Notes: generated by a model not told the origin, from the letters alone. Shown: positions 1-11,337, counted from the first letter of the stretch. The stretch is DNA of 64,000 bases from Pelagomonas calceolata (GCA_918797485.1 CAKKNE010000001.1:5146001-5210000), one strand, 5' to 3'. Numbers and translations are program-made.

Positions 1-99
1 CAGCGTAGCAGCATGCAGCAGTGGACCGCGCGACGACGAAATCGCTGGCGGTCTGATGAATGCGTAAGCACTACTGCATAGTATGAGTAGTCGTTTCAT
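1..99 (-). CDS. 5' end of a probable plastid-targeted protein (runs off window)
   Basis: ATG at 99 gives MKRLLILCSSAYAFIRPPAISSSRGPLLHAATL: signal peptide, AYA-F motif and Ser/Arg-rich transit-like stretch; divergent from the MFS gene. Confidence 0.6.
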   Translation of the reverse strand, partial: MKRLLILCSSAYAFIRPPAISSSRGPLLHAATL

Positions 100-158
100 G
101 GTGGTGCAGCGCTTTGATACGATCTATACGTGCCACGCCGGTTGAACAAAATGGCATG

Positions 159-180
159 CTAGTGTCTTACATGACGCTAG
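159..180 (+). promoter_or_regulatory. CTAG-box intergenic motif
   Basis: CTAGTGTCTTACATGACGCTAG between divergent genes; exact reverse complement at 39970-39991. Confidence 0.6.
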
Positions 181-325
181 TTCGGCGGCCCGGTTACAAA
201 AAAAGCGTGTAGTGCTCCTACAACCGCACGGTTTGAGCGCATAGCTCGTGTGCGCGACAGAAATCATAGTCACTGCCTGCACAGCAGACCGTGTGCCATA
301 GTATTCCCTACACGCCAAGATCTGG

Positions 326-1711
326 ATGGCACAGTCCTTGCTTGACAAGAACACCCTGTTGCTTCTCGCCTGCTCGTTTCTGCTGCAGTCCGATCAGAAT
401 CTCCTAGCGCCGCACTTAACGACGGTTGCCCATGAGTTCGGCATGAATGACGTCCAGCGCGACGAAAAGCTGGGCGGCGAACTTGCGATGGGACTATTCC
501 TACTCGGAGCGCCGGCTGCTCTCGCGATCGGTGCGTGCGCCGATCGCTATCCTCGGAAACTCCTCCTCGTCATCATACTGCTCGTCGGCGGCGCCGCGTC
601 GTTAGGCACTGCGCTCGCGCGCAGCTACTCCGACTTGTTCTGGATGCGCGCCTTGACCGGTGTGTCGCTCGGGTCAGCTCTTCCTGTCACGTTTTCACTC
701 GTGGGCGACATGTTCGCACCGTCGCAGCGGACGGCGGCGAGCGGTCGCGTGGGAGTGGCCATGTCTGCGGGAGTCGGCTTCGGACAAGCGATGAGCGGCT
801 TTCTTGGCGCGTGGCTAGCATCTTGGCGGGCACCCTTCGTAGTCGTCGGCGTGCTGTTCGTCGCCCTTGCGGCGATCGTCTGGATTGCATTCATAGAACC
901 GAGGCGTGGCGCGTTCGATGACACGGGTTCGGACGAGGACGAGCCTCGTGCCGAAACGGCACGACGCGATCTGGCAGCGGTTTTTCGGACGCCGACGGCG
1001 CTGCTCGTGTTTCTACAAGGGATACCAGGTTGCGTGCCATGGGGCGTCATTATCGTCTATTTACAAGACTACTTACAAGCGGACCTCGGCCTCAGCCTCG
1101 AGCGAAGCGCAATGGTGCTCACGTGCTTTGCAATTGGCGGCTTCGGCGGCCAATTTATTGGCGGAGAGCTCGGCCAACGACTCTATTCGTGGCGCAAGTC
1201 TGCAGCGGCGTGGCATATGTCCATAGCTGAATTGCTGTCGGTCCCGCCACTCGTCGTAATTCTCACGACGACCAAAGCAGACGCCAGCTTCGAAAAATTG
1301 GCACCCGTAGCCGTGGTGCTCGGCCTGCTCGCCACGCAAACTGGCCCGATCGTTCGAGCTTGCCTGACCAACACGACCGCTCCCCGGGCCAGAGCCTCGG
1401 CTTTTGCCGTGTTTGCTCTGTTCGACGACCTCGGTAAAGGGTTCGGCCCAGTTGTTATTGCACGACTGGTGCGAGCGTATGGTCGCCGGCGGGCGTTCGT
1501 AATTGCGACCATTTTTGGCTGGGGCGTCGGTTCCCTAGTTAATGCGGCGATCACCCTGACGCTTGAAGCCGACGAGCGGCGGCTCCGTTCCACGAACGAG
1601 TTCGAGCTCGTGCCCACCGAGACGCTCGGCGGCGCTGAACAGCTCCATCGCCGCTCGCCAAGTCACTCGCCCGACGGCGACGCCGGCTTGATCTACTTGG
1701 ATGCGACGTGA
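326..1711 (+). CDS. MFS transporter, spinster-like
   Basis: 461 aa, ~12 hydrophobic segments, motif A GACADRYPRK, N-terminal DQNLLAP. Confidence 0.85.
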   Translation: MAQSLLDKNTLLLLACSFLLQSDQNLLAPHLTTVAHEFGMNDVQRDEKLGGELAMGLFLLGAPAALAIGACADRYPRKLLLVIILLVGGAASLGTALARSYSDLFWMRALTGVSLGSALPVTFSLVGDMFAPSQRTAASGRVGVAMSAGVGFGQAMSGFLGAWLASWRAPFVVVGVLFVALAAIVWIAFIEPRRGAFDDTGSDEDEPRAETARRDLAAVFRTPTALLVFLQGIPGCVPWGVIIVYLQDYLQADLGLSLERSAMVLTCFAIGGFGGQFIGGELGQRLYSWRKSAAAWHMSIAELLSVPPLVVILTTTKADASFEKLAPVAVVLGLLATQTGPIVRACLTNTTAPRARASAFAVFALFDDLGKGFGPVVIARLVRAYGRRRAFVIATIFGWGVGSLVNAAITLTLEADERRLRSTNEFELVPTETLGGAEQLHRRSPSHSPDGDAGLIYLDAT

Positions 1712-1782
1712 AAACCACCGACACCGCGTCGACGGCGTTCGGGGCAATGTTAGTTGATATGTTGTTTAATTCACATTACATT

Positions 1783-4700
1783 CTAGAGCCGCCGCGCGTG
1801 CGTGGAAGCCGACGTCACCTGGATGCTGTAAGGAATGGTCGGGCGCTTGCCCGTCGTCGGCGACTTGGGTGGGGGCTTGTGGTCGTACCTTTTATCGTCG
1901 ATGAGCAGGTGGTACCGCATGGGCTTGGGAGTAGCAAGAGTCATGGGATCGACGCGCGGCGCCACCGTCGCCTTCACCTGACTCTTCCACGAATCGGACC
2001 CGCGCGCGATCGTCCACCTCTCGTCTAGTTCTTCCATCGTCTCGCCGCGATCAGGACTGACAGACCTACGACGACGCCGCCGCTTCCCCTTCTTCTTCCT
2101 CTTCACGAGAGGCGCATGCGCGTTATCGACGGCCAGGGGCTTCATCGCTTCCTTGTCCTCACTTTTCATGTGCGCGAGGCCCATGCGGTACATGAGCTTT
2201 TCAAAAGCAACCGCATCTTCATCGTTCTCCGGGTTATTCAATTCATCCAGCGACACGTTCCAGGCCTCCATGGACGCTTGGGCCTCGGCCTTGGCTTCCA
2301 GAGTGTCACTACCAGGAGCCGGCGCCGGGACGCACGCTTCCTCCTCTTCCACAACCCCAGAAAAGGACATACTCAACTTCTTCGCCTGCTCCCTAAATTG
2401 TTTCCGCTGGTCCTGGACGCTACCCCTTACTAAATCGTCTTCCATCTCCGTCGCCTTTTTACCTTCTTTTATAGCCTTTTCTAAGGCCAACTCGTTCTCG
2501 ACGCGATTCGTCGCGTCCTCCAGAGCAGCGGCAAAGTCCTCTACTAGATCAGAAGCGGGCATCTCGGCTAATACCTTCAGTCGGCGCGTGATGGGTTCGA
2601 CTCGCTTCAAGGTAGCCGATTCGTCACCCTGATCAAGTAACCCGGAACAAGCCGCATAGATCGCGAAGTGGCACGGCGCTTTAGAAGCTGAACGGACAGC
2701 GACGCCGTACTTCCCGACTCTATATTTAGAGTGATCAGGCTGCACTACACATTTCTTCTCTTGTCTCAATGAGGTATCGCGCCAATCTGAGTCTTGCAAC
2801 GTCGGTATGCGACCGTGGGCCACCAACAAGTCGGCGTCGCCCTTGATGCACACCAACATGATCGTCGCGACGGCGCCGTTATGTGGTATCGTGAAGTTGT
2901 ACAACGCTTCTCGGGAAACGGAGCCGTGCTCGACGCGGAACCAAGTCAACGGTTTGGACTCATCTGGGAGTAGTAAATTAGAATCACCGAGATCCAACGA
3001 GTATTTCGCAAACTGCACATTTGACGATGAACCCATCACTTCGGCAAAAGTCCTAGAAGCATCTTGCACGGTCTTGCCGTTCAAGAGACTTTCGGCCTTC
3101 TCAACGCCAAGCGAAGCGTACAAGCGAGCTGATTGAGCCAAGACCTTCTCCAGCGCTCGATCTCGTTCCTCCTGCGACTGGTCACTCTTAACAAGTAAAG
3201 CCTTATCCACTTTATCCCGGTCCGCAAAATCATCAGCAAACCTCCTGTCAAAATACCTGCGCCAGTCATTGGTGACAGGTACGACCACGTCCGCCTCGTA
3301 CACTTTCGTATCTTTCACGTGAAACTGCTCATCATCATACTCCAACTTTTCTCCCCGACTTTCCCGGAAGATGCGCTGCACAGAGTCAGGTAAGCTATTC
3401 TCAGCCATGCCTTCCTCGCCGAAGACATCTAACGACTTCTGTAACTCAACCGCCGCGGGACCCATCATCGGAGGCTTCGACGGCCTTTGTTCCTCGGAGA
3501 ACGGATCAAATCTAAGGTCCTCGGAGAACGCGAATTGACAACCGAAGACCGGCCTGACTTTCGGTTTACTCTCTTCTTCAGCCCGCTTGCGCGCCTCCTC
3601 GGCTTCCCGCTCCAGCCGAGCCTTCTCCGCGGCCAACCGTTCCCGTTCTTCCTCCTCGGCAAGGGCCATCTGTCTTGCTAACTCCTCAGCCTCGGCCTCC
3701 TTCCGGCGAGCCTCCTCCTCCGCCGCCTTTCGTCGTTGGGCCACTTTGCCCAGCAACTTGCCCTTGAAAACGTGCCCAATCTTCTTCGTCCTTTGATCAC
3801 TAATATTCTGCTCGACCGCGCGGAACATGCCGGCCATGTTCCGCGCTTTCAGTTTCGCCAACTCGGCCGCGGCGCGCTCGTTCTCCTCGCGCATGCGCCC
3901 TTCGGCGTCCAACCTCGCTCGCAGTTCATCGGCCTTTTCTTTGGCGATTCGTTCCTCCTCCGCCAGTTGCCACATGTAGTCCCGCTCGTAGTCCTCTTCC
4001 GCTTGCATTTGAGCTCGTTCATTTGATTCTCTATTCATCTCTTGCTTGAGGAAGGCCTCTCGCTCGAGCCGGGCGATCTCCGCCAATCTCGCTTCCTCGG
4101 CCAAACGTTCCTCCTCGACTTGTTTTCGGATGAACGTACCTTCTTCCTCGTGAGAAGCCATCATCGAGCGTTCTTCTTCTTCCAAACGCGCTAAACGCTC
4201 CTCTTCCAAGCGCCTTAACCTTAATTCCTCGGCTAATCGGAATTCTTCTCTGACCAAGTCTCGCAACTCATGCGACAGGTGCTCCTCGCGCTCCATCTTA
4301 CTACGTTCATCCTTCTCTCTACGTAACTCCTCGCGCTTCCGCTTCTGGCGCGCACGCTTCTCTGCCTCGAGGCGCTCCTTCTCGGCCGCAATCCGCAATC
4401 TCTCGGCCTCCAGCTTCCGCAGCTCCTCCTGCTCGCGCGCAATGCGCTCCCGCTCCAACCGTTCCGCTACAGCTCTCTCAGCTTCTAACCGTTGTCTCTC
4501 GGCGCGTTCCTCCTCTTCCCTTTGTACGCGTAATGCCTCGAGCTCCGCCTCGACGCGAGCTCGTTCTCTAGCCTCCTCCGCGAGTCGCTCGGCCTCAAGA
4601 GCAGCTAGTCTTTCAGCCTCCAACCTGTCAAGCTCGGCCTGCCTCCGACGCTCCTCTTCGTCGGCCAAAGCAGCTCGTCTTGCACGCATCTGCTCCTCGA

Positions 4701-7700
4701 GCAGCCGAGCCATGTCCTCGCGCTGCTTCTTCGTGGCCGTGCCCGGCGGCGTCATGCCCGGGATATGAATTGCGGGAGCCGGGCCCGGCGCGACGGCCTG
4801 GCCGGCGGCGCGCTGTTTCTTGCGCTGCGCGGCTAATCCATCTCTACGCTTCTTCTCTAGATCCGCCTTGAGTCGGGCCACTTCATCGGGGGGTAAAAAC
4901 CGTACGGGAGAGACGCCTTTCCCGAGCGCGTTGTATAGACCAGCCGCACTTTCTACTCGTAGCATCTCCTCCCTAATAGAGTAGGGCGGGTGCTCGCCCC
5001 GTTCGCCTAGTTTCGCCTGCCATTCCAAGGCCGACTTGAACTGCAATTGCTTCGAGGAGGGCTCCTGTTTGAGTTGTCGCGCTTCGTAGAAGGGGTCGCC
5101 GATATATGTGTAAGTTGCTAACGACCGGTGCTGGCCCGGCTTGACGGTAGGATGCGGCCACGCTAATTGTTTACCTACCTCTTTCTTTGCCATTGAACGA
5201 CTTAAGGATTGGACGGGCCGCGCCGTCTCGTATTTTGGGGGTGATAACTGCGGCGCCGCCTGCTCTGAGACGTCGGACATGAACAAAGGCACGCCCTCCG
5301 CTTTTAGTGTAATGCCCGGGTTCATCTTCCGGATGCTTTGCACGGGTTTCTCCGGACGCGCGCGACGCCGCGAGTGCGCCGTCGCCGCCCTCGAAGCGCC
5401 GGCCGTGTCCCCTATTAACTCTTCGGAAGCTACGGTCGCGGGTCTGGATATAGTCAGAGTACCGGGCAATAAAGAAGGCCGCTTGTCAAAATTCACGAGT
5501 TCCGACACTTGGAGCTGGCCCGGGAAGAGGCTTGCCAATTGCGACTTCTTGGCTGGGGATCTCACAAACACAGGTGAAGATTTGGGCACGCCGACGTAGG
5601 AACAGTACGTCCGTAGGATCGAACCCATCTGCTCGTCGATGCCTATGAGCTGTTCACAAGCTATGGAATATAAAGCGTGCAATGGCGGCAACCGCTTGTG
5701 TAAGGTGCTATCAACCCACAACATGGCCCAGAAGTCCAGATAACACACCTGCTGGTCCAGGGGGTCGGAATAAGTTCTTACGATTTGTTTCAATGCGAGC
5801 TCGTTGTCCGACAATAAAGAGTCGTCGACCGGGTTTTGGAAGGTGGGCGAGGGCCACGGAGCCCACCCCGTAGTGCCGCCTCGTATACAATCCCCAAACT
5901 CGGAACCACTTAAAACGCCCGTTCTTGATGAATCTTTCGCCACAAATCTCAAAAGTAAATCTCGTAAAGATTGGAGGTCGCGGCTCCACTGCAGGTCGTC
6001 TACCGAAGTTTGGGGACCATGTCTCGAGGCCACAATGCGCTCCTCTCTCTCAAGAGCGAATAAGGTGGAAGCGCATCGCGCCGCGACAGCATCACCTCGT
6101 ACAATCTCTGAAGTCAGTATCAGCGCGAAGGCCTCCGCGTCGACGGCTTCGTCCCAATGACCATAAGGACTTCCGCGCAACCCTTTCAATGAAGCTAATT
6201 CGCGGACGACCGCCGAGGCCACCACCGGAGACGAGCAGACCTGCCTCGCGGCCGACGCGCACGCTCTTCTCGAGGCTGATAAATAACATAAGCCATCATT
6301 CGCCGCCGCTTCATACACAACATCCACGTCGCTCGGAATGTCCCCGTACAGAAACGCCCGATCTCTCAACCAGGCCAGCGCATCAATATAATTCACCGCT
6401 GCTCCTTCCGGGAATGCGTCATAACCATCAACGCCAAACAGCCGCGCGCACGCTAGTAACGAGGGCGCTTTCCGACCGTGCACAAATAATGAGTCGAGAA
6501 ATGAAACAACATGCGCCTCGGCGATCTGCCGCGGCCCGAAGCTCTGTCTGAATAAGGCATAGCAGGACGCCGCGAACGTGTTCGGTTTCCTTTGTGCGGT
6601 GTGCGCCGCGCTCAGCTCCTCGGCGTGCGCCTCGATGACCTTGCGGGCCTCCTTCATGCACACTCTAGGCGGCATCGCATTGACGGAAGTAGTTTCGGGG
6701 AGAGGTTCGGATTTATTCGGCATGGATCCCGTCTCGGACAAAGCTCTAGCGAATTTGAGCCGAGGGTCCGTAAACAACGCATCGAAGACCTCGGGCACCT
6801 CGGCCGGCGGCTTCGTTTGGCGCGGAGCCGTCGGCACGCGAGCCGGCGTCGCCGGCGTCGGGATCCGAGGTTCGGCTCGGAGCGGATACGGCGTCGGCAG
6901 CGGCGCGTCCGGCGCCACTAAATCACTTAGTGGCGTCGCTTCGACCATATAAGCCTCGCCCCAGTCGGCGTAGACCTTGCGCCGCTTGACTCGAGCTAGT
7001 TCTTTGTACCTTTTGACCGAACAACGCTTCTTCTCTTGCGTCCGGGACCAGCCGCCGCCGCCCCGATCTAGGCAGGGAGCGTGTTGTGTAGGCGTATCAT
7101 TTAAAATACGACAGAGATGCGCGGCGACGTCGCAGAGCTGGTCGTACGTTATCGACGCGCCCCGCCGCCGGTTCTGTCTCAACATATCAAGTTTGTCCGC
7201 GCGCTTCCGCCGGAATCGCTCCAGGTTATCCGCATCGTAGTCCTCGTCCTCGTCCTCGGGCCCGAGCCACTGCAGGGCCTCTTCATCGGCCGCGTCGAAG
7301 ACCGACGTTTCTCGTGATGCGGCGTCCACCTGATCCGGTGTGACGATAGGCCACCAGTTCTTGAGGATTGCTGGTAACGCAGCACCATTGACAAAACCCT
7401 TGCCGAAGTCCCTCAGATGGAAAGCGGTCCGTAGTGATTCGTCGGCCAACAACGTTTGTTGAGAGGGGAGGTCCTCCCTTCGGATGGGACTGATGGGTTG
7501 TTGCTCCTCATCGTCAGATACAGTAGGCTCCTCTTGGACCTGTCTGCCCTCAAACAAGTATTCGCCCGCGCCCGACGCCGGTCTCAGTTCGGCAGAAATG
7601 ATCGGCCGGTCGGCGACGCTCCGCGGTCGTTTCCACGGCATTTCGGGAGACGCTTTCGTCAGCCACGGCGCCTCCTCCACACTCAACTGGGGCTGCGCGG

Positions 7701-10236
7701 AGAAGGGCGTCGCCGCGCCCGATTCATCAAATAAGCGCGGGACGTCGAGCGTCAGTCGAGCGGCCGTCCGCGAGGCCGTCAGGACCGTGTCGTTCTCTGA
7801 TGAGACGGAGACTTCTTTCATGATCTTGTGGGGCGTGGCTACACTTCTCTCTTTGACTATCGATTGATCTTGTGGGTCCTCGGCGAGGCTCACGCGCGCC
7901 ACGCGCGCGCCGTCCGCCAAAACGGCATCCAGGCCCTGGCGCGACCGGACCAAGATCGCGCTCATTATACTATGCCCAAGTACGATACATCTTTGTAATT
8001 GTAAGGTATCGGCGCCCTGGATCGCCTTCCATAGAGCCAGGCTTCGGTCTAACGAAGCCGATAACACGAATGCTGAGGAAGGCAACGCATCCAGTGAAGT
8101 AACCTCCTGCAAATGACCCCCGCGAGCGCCCCTATCTAAATCCTTCGGCTCCTCCTCTCCCCGTAATTGCTCGGCGTCGATCGGCCAGGCCTCGATCAAC
8201 CCCGAGTCGAACCCAACGAAGGTCTGCGCTTCTCCCAATGACGCTTGGGCCACACATAACGCCGTCACGGACCCCTGCGCCACGAAGTAGCCCGCAATCA
8301 CCAAGCTGTTGGTAGTGGCGCGCCACAATCGAACAACCCCATCTCCGGAGGCCGACGCGATGACTACTAACGTAGCGTAACTTCGTCGCGGCGTCTGGGG
8401 GTCCTCCCAGCCCTTGAGTTTCTTCGGGAAACCTCTGTGATCAGCTAGGACACCGGACGCCAAGGCAGAAATGGAAGAGGTGTGCGCCTGCTGCGACCAC
8501 AGACATTTTTTATTGGTCATATTCCACAGTTTTAAAAAGCCGTCGGCGTCTCCACATACTACGATGTTCTTTGACGGTAACGGACATACTCGTGTAATCG
8601 GGCCCTTGCCGTCTATTCTGCTTACGGAGGCGGTGCCCATCGCGTTCGTCGCCGGGTCTACTATTGCTCTGTCTCTCAGACTACTTTCCCAGTCCGGCTC
8701 GACTATTTCTAACACACCATCGGACCTCCCAACGACAATGGACGAACAGTCGGGCAGCCAGCCTAATGACACGCGATCACCTTGTAGCGCGGACCGCCCG
8801 ATGCCGACTAAAGCAGCTCGTCCCGTCTGCAACCTTTTGCCGGGAGGCCTCTTATCCTTTGATCGATTGATAGACATCAACTTGTTCGCCTTGGCCAGAA
8901 TCTCGGGAGCGGGCGGCGGCACTCTAAGGCAGTGGCCCTCGGCATGTAAAGCCTCGACGTGGCCGCCGTCCGTCAATGCTACCACACAGTGTTCCCGGTC
9001 ATCCAACAGTAACCCTCGTCGCAAATCCAAGACGCGATCCGCACACAAAGCGGCGTGCCAGGCCGGCGCATGGACCTCGTACAGCGTGACTAACCCACCA
9101 GAACACGCCGCGATCAACGTGCGCCGCGCGACGGCCTCGTCGTTCATCGCCAACTCCATGAGGACCAAGCGCATGGGCGTCGCCCGACATATTGATTGCA
9201 ACCAAGCGGCGTAGTCGTCGTCCTCGGCCGGCGCCGGCTCGCCCGGGATGTGTTTTGCTGTTAACTCAATGACGGAAGGGTGGTCTTGACTTCCATTCCG
9301 CACGATCTGGTTGCACTCTTCTCCATTTGAGTCACCGACGAGCCAGTGCTTGACGCTCCTCGACACACCGCCGCACGAAAAGAACTCGAACCTCCCATGT
9401 CCTTGGTCCTCCAAGCCACTCAACTCGAAGACGCCTTTCGCATCGTCGTTCTCCACCTTATCGTGGATATGTGCCGCAATACAAGCGAGCGCCTCGGGCG
9501 GGCCCCGTTCACCGTTGAGTGCGGGCACCGCCCATATAAGGATGACGCCGTCGTCTAGACCTACTACCACTCTACCTCCACCCACGTGGAGCAAGGAGGT
9601 GATGGCCGGCGGGTCTTCTCTCATAATGCGCCCGCCGGCCTCCCAGCACAGCGCCAGGCGCGGCTCTATCACATCTTTCATCGCGTCGCCGAGCCTCCAG
9701 ACCCAGACCGTCGCGTCGACGGCACCTAACAACACATCTTGAGATGTGTGGAGGACGTGCATCGCGCCCCTTGTCGAATGCTCATTTAAGGTGCATACCT
9801 GGCTCACTTCGCTATCGCTCTCCAAGCGCCACAGCTTGAGCTCCTGTTCGCCCGACGTGATGACTAAACCGGATGAGTGGATCACCAGGCTCGCGAGGAA
9901 GTCGTCGTGCGGTTTATACCGCAACAACGGCGCGAGCGAAGCGTGCAGGATCTGGACGGTGGACGCGTCGGCATGCTTCGAGGGTTCATCATCATACGCC
10001 ACGACGTAGACGTCTCGAGGCGCGTGGTGGACGATGTAGATCGGCGAAGGCGACCGCGGGTCCAACCACAACACGGCCAGTTCCTTCCTTGTCGAAAACA
10101 ATCGTAGAGCCTGCTCGTCTCCTGTTAATAAATGCTGGCGCCGCCGGTTGTACGCTAAGGTTAGCACGGGGAGGACGCTGCCCCGGAGCTGGTGGCGCCT
10201 CACTAGCGTTTCTCGCGTGAGCTGCTGGGGCTCCAT
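1783..10236 (-). CDS. Giant WD40-repeat / coiled-coil protein with EF-hand-like and PPC-like segments
   Basis: ~2817 aa uninterrupted ORF from first ATG (MEPQQL); WD repeats (GH..EVTSL, SASLDRSLALW, DGFLKLWN), long E/R/A coiled coil, GDADLLV PPC-like segment. Confidence 0.75.
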   Translation of the reverse strand: MEPQQLTRETLVRRHQLRGSVLPVLTLAYNRRRQHLLTGDEQALRLFSTRKELAVLWLDPRSPSPIYIVHHAPRDVYVVAYDDEPSKHADASTVQILHASLAPLLRYKPHDDFLASLVIHSSGLVITSGEQELKLWRLESDSEVSQVCTLNEHSTRGAMHVLHTSQDVLLGAVDATVWVWRLGDAMKDVIEPRLALCWEAGGRIMREDPPAITSLLHVGGGRVVVGLDDGVILIWAVPALNGERGPPEALACIAAHIHDKVENDDAKGVFELSGLEDQGHGRFEFFSCGGVSRSVKHWLVGDSNGEECNQIVRNGSQDHPSVIELTAKHIPGEPAPAEDDDYAAWLQSICRATPMRLVLMELAMNDEAVARRTLIAACSGGLVTLYEVHAPAWHAALCADRVLDLRRGLLLDDREHCVVALTDGGHVEALHAEGHCLRVPPPAPEILAKANKLMSINRSKDKRPPGKRLQTGRAALVGIGRSALQGDRVSLGWLPDCSSIVVGRSDGVLEIVEPDWESSLRDRAIVDPATNAMGTASVSRIDGKGPITRVCPLPSKNIVVCGDADGFLKLWNMTNKKCLWSQQAHTSSISALASGVLADHRGFPKKLKGWEDPQTPRRSYATLVVIASASGDGVVRLWRATTNSLVIAGYFVAQGSVTALCVAQASLGEAQTFVGFDSGLIEAWPIDAEQLRGEEEPKDLDRGARGGHLQEVTSLDALPSSAFVLSASLDRSLALWKAIQGADTLQLQRCIVLGHSIMSAILVRSRQGLDAVLADGARVARVSLAEDPQDQSIVKERSVATPHKIMKEVSVSSENDTVLTASRTAARLTLDVPRLFDESGAATPFSAQPQLSVEEAPWLTKASPEMPWKRPRSVADRPIISAELRPASGAGEYLFEGRQVQEEPTVSDDEEQQPISPIRREDLPSQQTLLADESLRTAFHLRDFGKGFVNGAALPAILKNWWPIVTPDQVDAASRETSVFDAADEEALQWLGPEDEDEDYDADNLERFRRKRADKLDMLRQNRRRGASITYDQLCDVAAHLCRILNDTPTQHAPCLDRGGGGWSRTQEKKRCSVKRYKELARVKRRKVYADWGEAYMVEATPLSDLVAPDAPLPTPYPLRAEPRIPTPATPARVPTAPRQTKPPAEVPEVFDALFTDPRLKFARALSETGSMPNKSEPLPETTSVNAMPPRVCMKEARKVIEAHAEELSAAHTAQRKPNTFAASCYALFRQSFGPRQIAEAHVVSFLDSLFVHGRKAPSLLACARLFGVDGYDAFPEGAAVNYIDALAWLRDRAFLYGDIPSDVDVVYEAAANDGLCYLSASRRACASAARQVCSSPVVASAVVRELASLKGLRGSPYGHWDEAVDAEAFALILTSEIVRGDAVAARCASTLFALEREERIVASRHGPQTSVDDLQWSRDLQSLRDLLLRFVAKDSSRTGVLSGSEFGDCIRGGTTGWAPWPSPTFQNPVDDSLLSDNELALKQIVRTYSDPLDQQVCYLDFWAMLWVDSTLHKRLPPLHALYSIACEQLIGIDEQMGSILRTYCSYVGVPKSSPVFVRSPAKKSQLASLFPGQLQVSELVNFDKRPSLLPGTLTISRPATVASEELIGDTAGASRAATAHSRRRARPEKPVQSIRKMNPGITLKAEGVPLFMSDVSEQAAPQLSPPKYETARPVQSLSRSMAKKEVGKQLAWPHPTVKPGQHRSLATYTYIGDPFYEARQLKQEPSSKQLQFKSALEWQAKLGERGEHPPYSIREEMLRVESAAGLYNALGKGVSPVRFLPPDEVARLKADLEKKRRDGLAAQRKKQRAAGQAVAPGPAPAIHIPGMTPPGTATKKQREDMARLLEEQMRARRAALADEEERRRQAELDRLEAERLAALEAERLAEEARERARVEAELEALRVQREEEERAERQRLEAERAVAERLERERIAREQEELRKLEAERLRIAAEKERLEAEKRARQKRKREELRREKDERSKMEREEHLSHELRDLVREEFRLAEELRLRRLEEERLARLEEEERSMMASHEEEGTFIRKQVEEERLAEEARLAEIARLEREAFLKQEMNRESNERAQMQAEEDYERDYMWQLAEEERIAKEKADELRARLDAEGRMREENERAAAELAKLKARNMAGMFRAVEQNISDQRTKKIGHVFKGKLLGKVAQRRKAAEEEARRKEAEAEELARQMALAEEEERERLAAEKARLEREAEEARKRAEEESKPKVRPVFGCQFAFSEDLRFDPFSEEQRPSKPPMMGPAAVELQKSLDVFGEEGMAENSLPDSVQRIFRESRGEKLEYDDEQFHVKDTKVYEADVVVPVTNDWRRYFDRRFADDFADRDKVDKALLVKSDQSQEERDRALEKVLAQSARLYASLGVEKAESLLNGKTVQDASRTFAEVMGSSSNVQFAKYSLDLGDSNLLLPDESKPLTWFRVEHGSVSREALYNFTIPHNGAVATIMLVCIKGDADLLVAHGRIPTLQDSDWRDTSLRQEKKCVVQPDHSKYRVGKYGVAVRSASKAPCHFAIYAACSGLLDQGDESATLKRVEPITRRLKVLAEMPASDLVEDFAAALEDATNRVENELALEKAIKEGKKATEMEDDLVRGSVQDQRKQFREQAKKLSMSFSGVVEEEEACVPAPAPGSDTLEAKAEAQASMEAWNVSLDELNNPENDEDAVAFEKLMYRMGLAHMKSEDKEAMKPLAVDNAHAPLVKRKKKGKRRRRRRSVSPDRGETMEELDERWTIARGSDSWKSQVKATVAPRVDPMTLATPKPMRYHLLIDDKRYDHKPPPKSPTTGKRPTIPYSIQVTSASTHARRL

Positions 10237-10736
10237 GCTGCCCGTCTGCGCTTGCTGCCCAGCCCTGCTCCGGCCTTGGCCCTGTCCACTTGGGGCTGCC
10301 CGTCTGGTTGAGGAGCGCTCAGGGTTGCTTGCCCAGTGCCCTGCGCCGGTCTTGTCCCTGTCCGGGCGCGGCACTGCGGCCAAGCCTCCGCAATAGCGCC
10401 GCTGTCGAGGCTAGTGCATAGCACGCTATGGCTCTAGCTTAATTTGCCCCGAGTACCAATCATTTGTCATTGTCCAGGCCCTCGATGCCTGGTCCGTGCT
10501 TATGGCGGCATCTGTGGCACCGGCCCGGGTCTGCAGCTCGGCTTGGCTCAATCTTGCTCTTCGTAGCTGGCTCGCAACGACGAGCTACCGCGACGTGCGA
10601 AGCTGTGCCAAGGAGCTCAGTACTTGCACACTCTCTGTGCGCATCGTTTTTTGCTTCAGACCGCCGTCAAAAGGTCGAGTCAAGACAGCAGTGCCTGTGG
10701 CAGCCAGCGCATCACCGCGTGCGACGCCGTTTCGTC

Positions 10737-11264
10737 ATGGTCGCCCGCACGATCGTACTCCTGGCGACCCTCGCGACGCCCTCGGTCGCCGTCGAGCGCC
10801 GCTGGGCCCACCAGCTCGGGCACCGCTGGCGCGCGCTGACCAGCTCGACGCCGGCGGCAGCCAGCATCGACCACGAGTGGCGCGACAGTAGTGGAGCGTG
10901 CGCGATCGAGTTCGCGACGTGCAACGCCCCACAACTGAAAATCAATCTGACGGGCTTCGGGAGCGCGAGTATTGGGCGCCCCGCGACGGAGGCGCTGGGC
11001 CACGCCATCGCCCGCGCGCGCGCCGACGCGGGCTCGGTGGACGCCCTCGTCGACATGACGGACGCGTCCGCGGCGTCGACGACGTGTATCCTGGCCTGCC
11101 GCCGGTTTTTGTTGAGGCATGGATCATCCCTCGGGCGCGTCGCGGTCGTCGGCAAGGGCCCCCAGCTCTTCTTCATGCGCCTGTGCACGCGGCTCGCGCG
11201 CTTCCGCAAGGTCCGCGTCTTCGGGTCGCAGGCGGCGGCGGACCGGTGGCTGCTGGAGGCTTGA
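10737..11264 (+). CDS. SpoIIAA-like (STAS/SEC14) domain protein with signal peptide
   Basis: MVARTIVLLATLATPSVA leader; LVDMT...RVAVVG...VRVFGSQAAADRWL matches the SpoIIAA-like pattern. Confidence 0.55.
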   Translation: MVARTIVLLATLATPSVAVERRWAHQLGHRWRALTSSTPAAASIDHEWRDSSGACAIEFATCNAPQLKINLTGFGSASIGRPATEALGHAIARARADAGSVDALVDMTDASAASTTCILACRRFLLRHGSSLGRVAVVGKGPQLFFMRLCTRLARFRKVRVFGSQAAADRWLLEA

Positions 11265-11337
11265 CTCCTTCCTCCTCCCGGGGGGTTGTGTAATGTTGAT
11301 TTGTAATAAGAATAGTACTCACAACTTAGGCGGCGAC

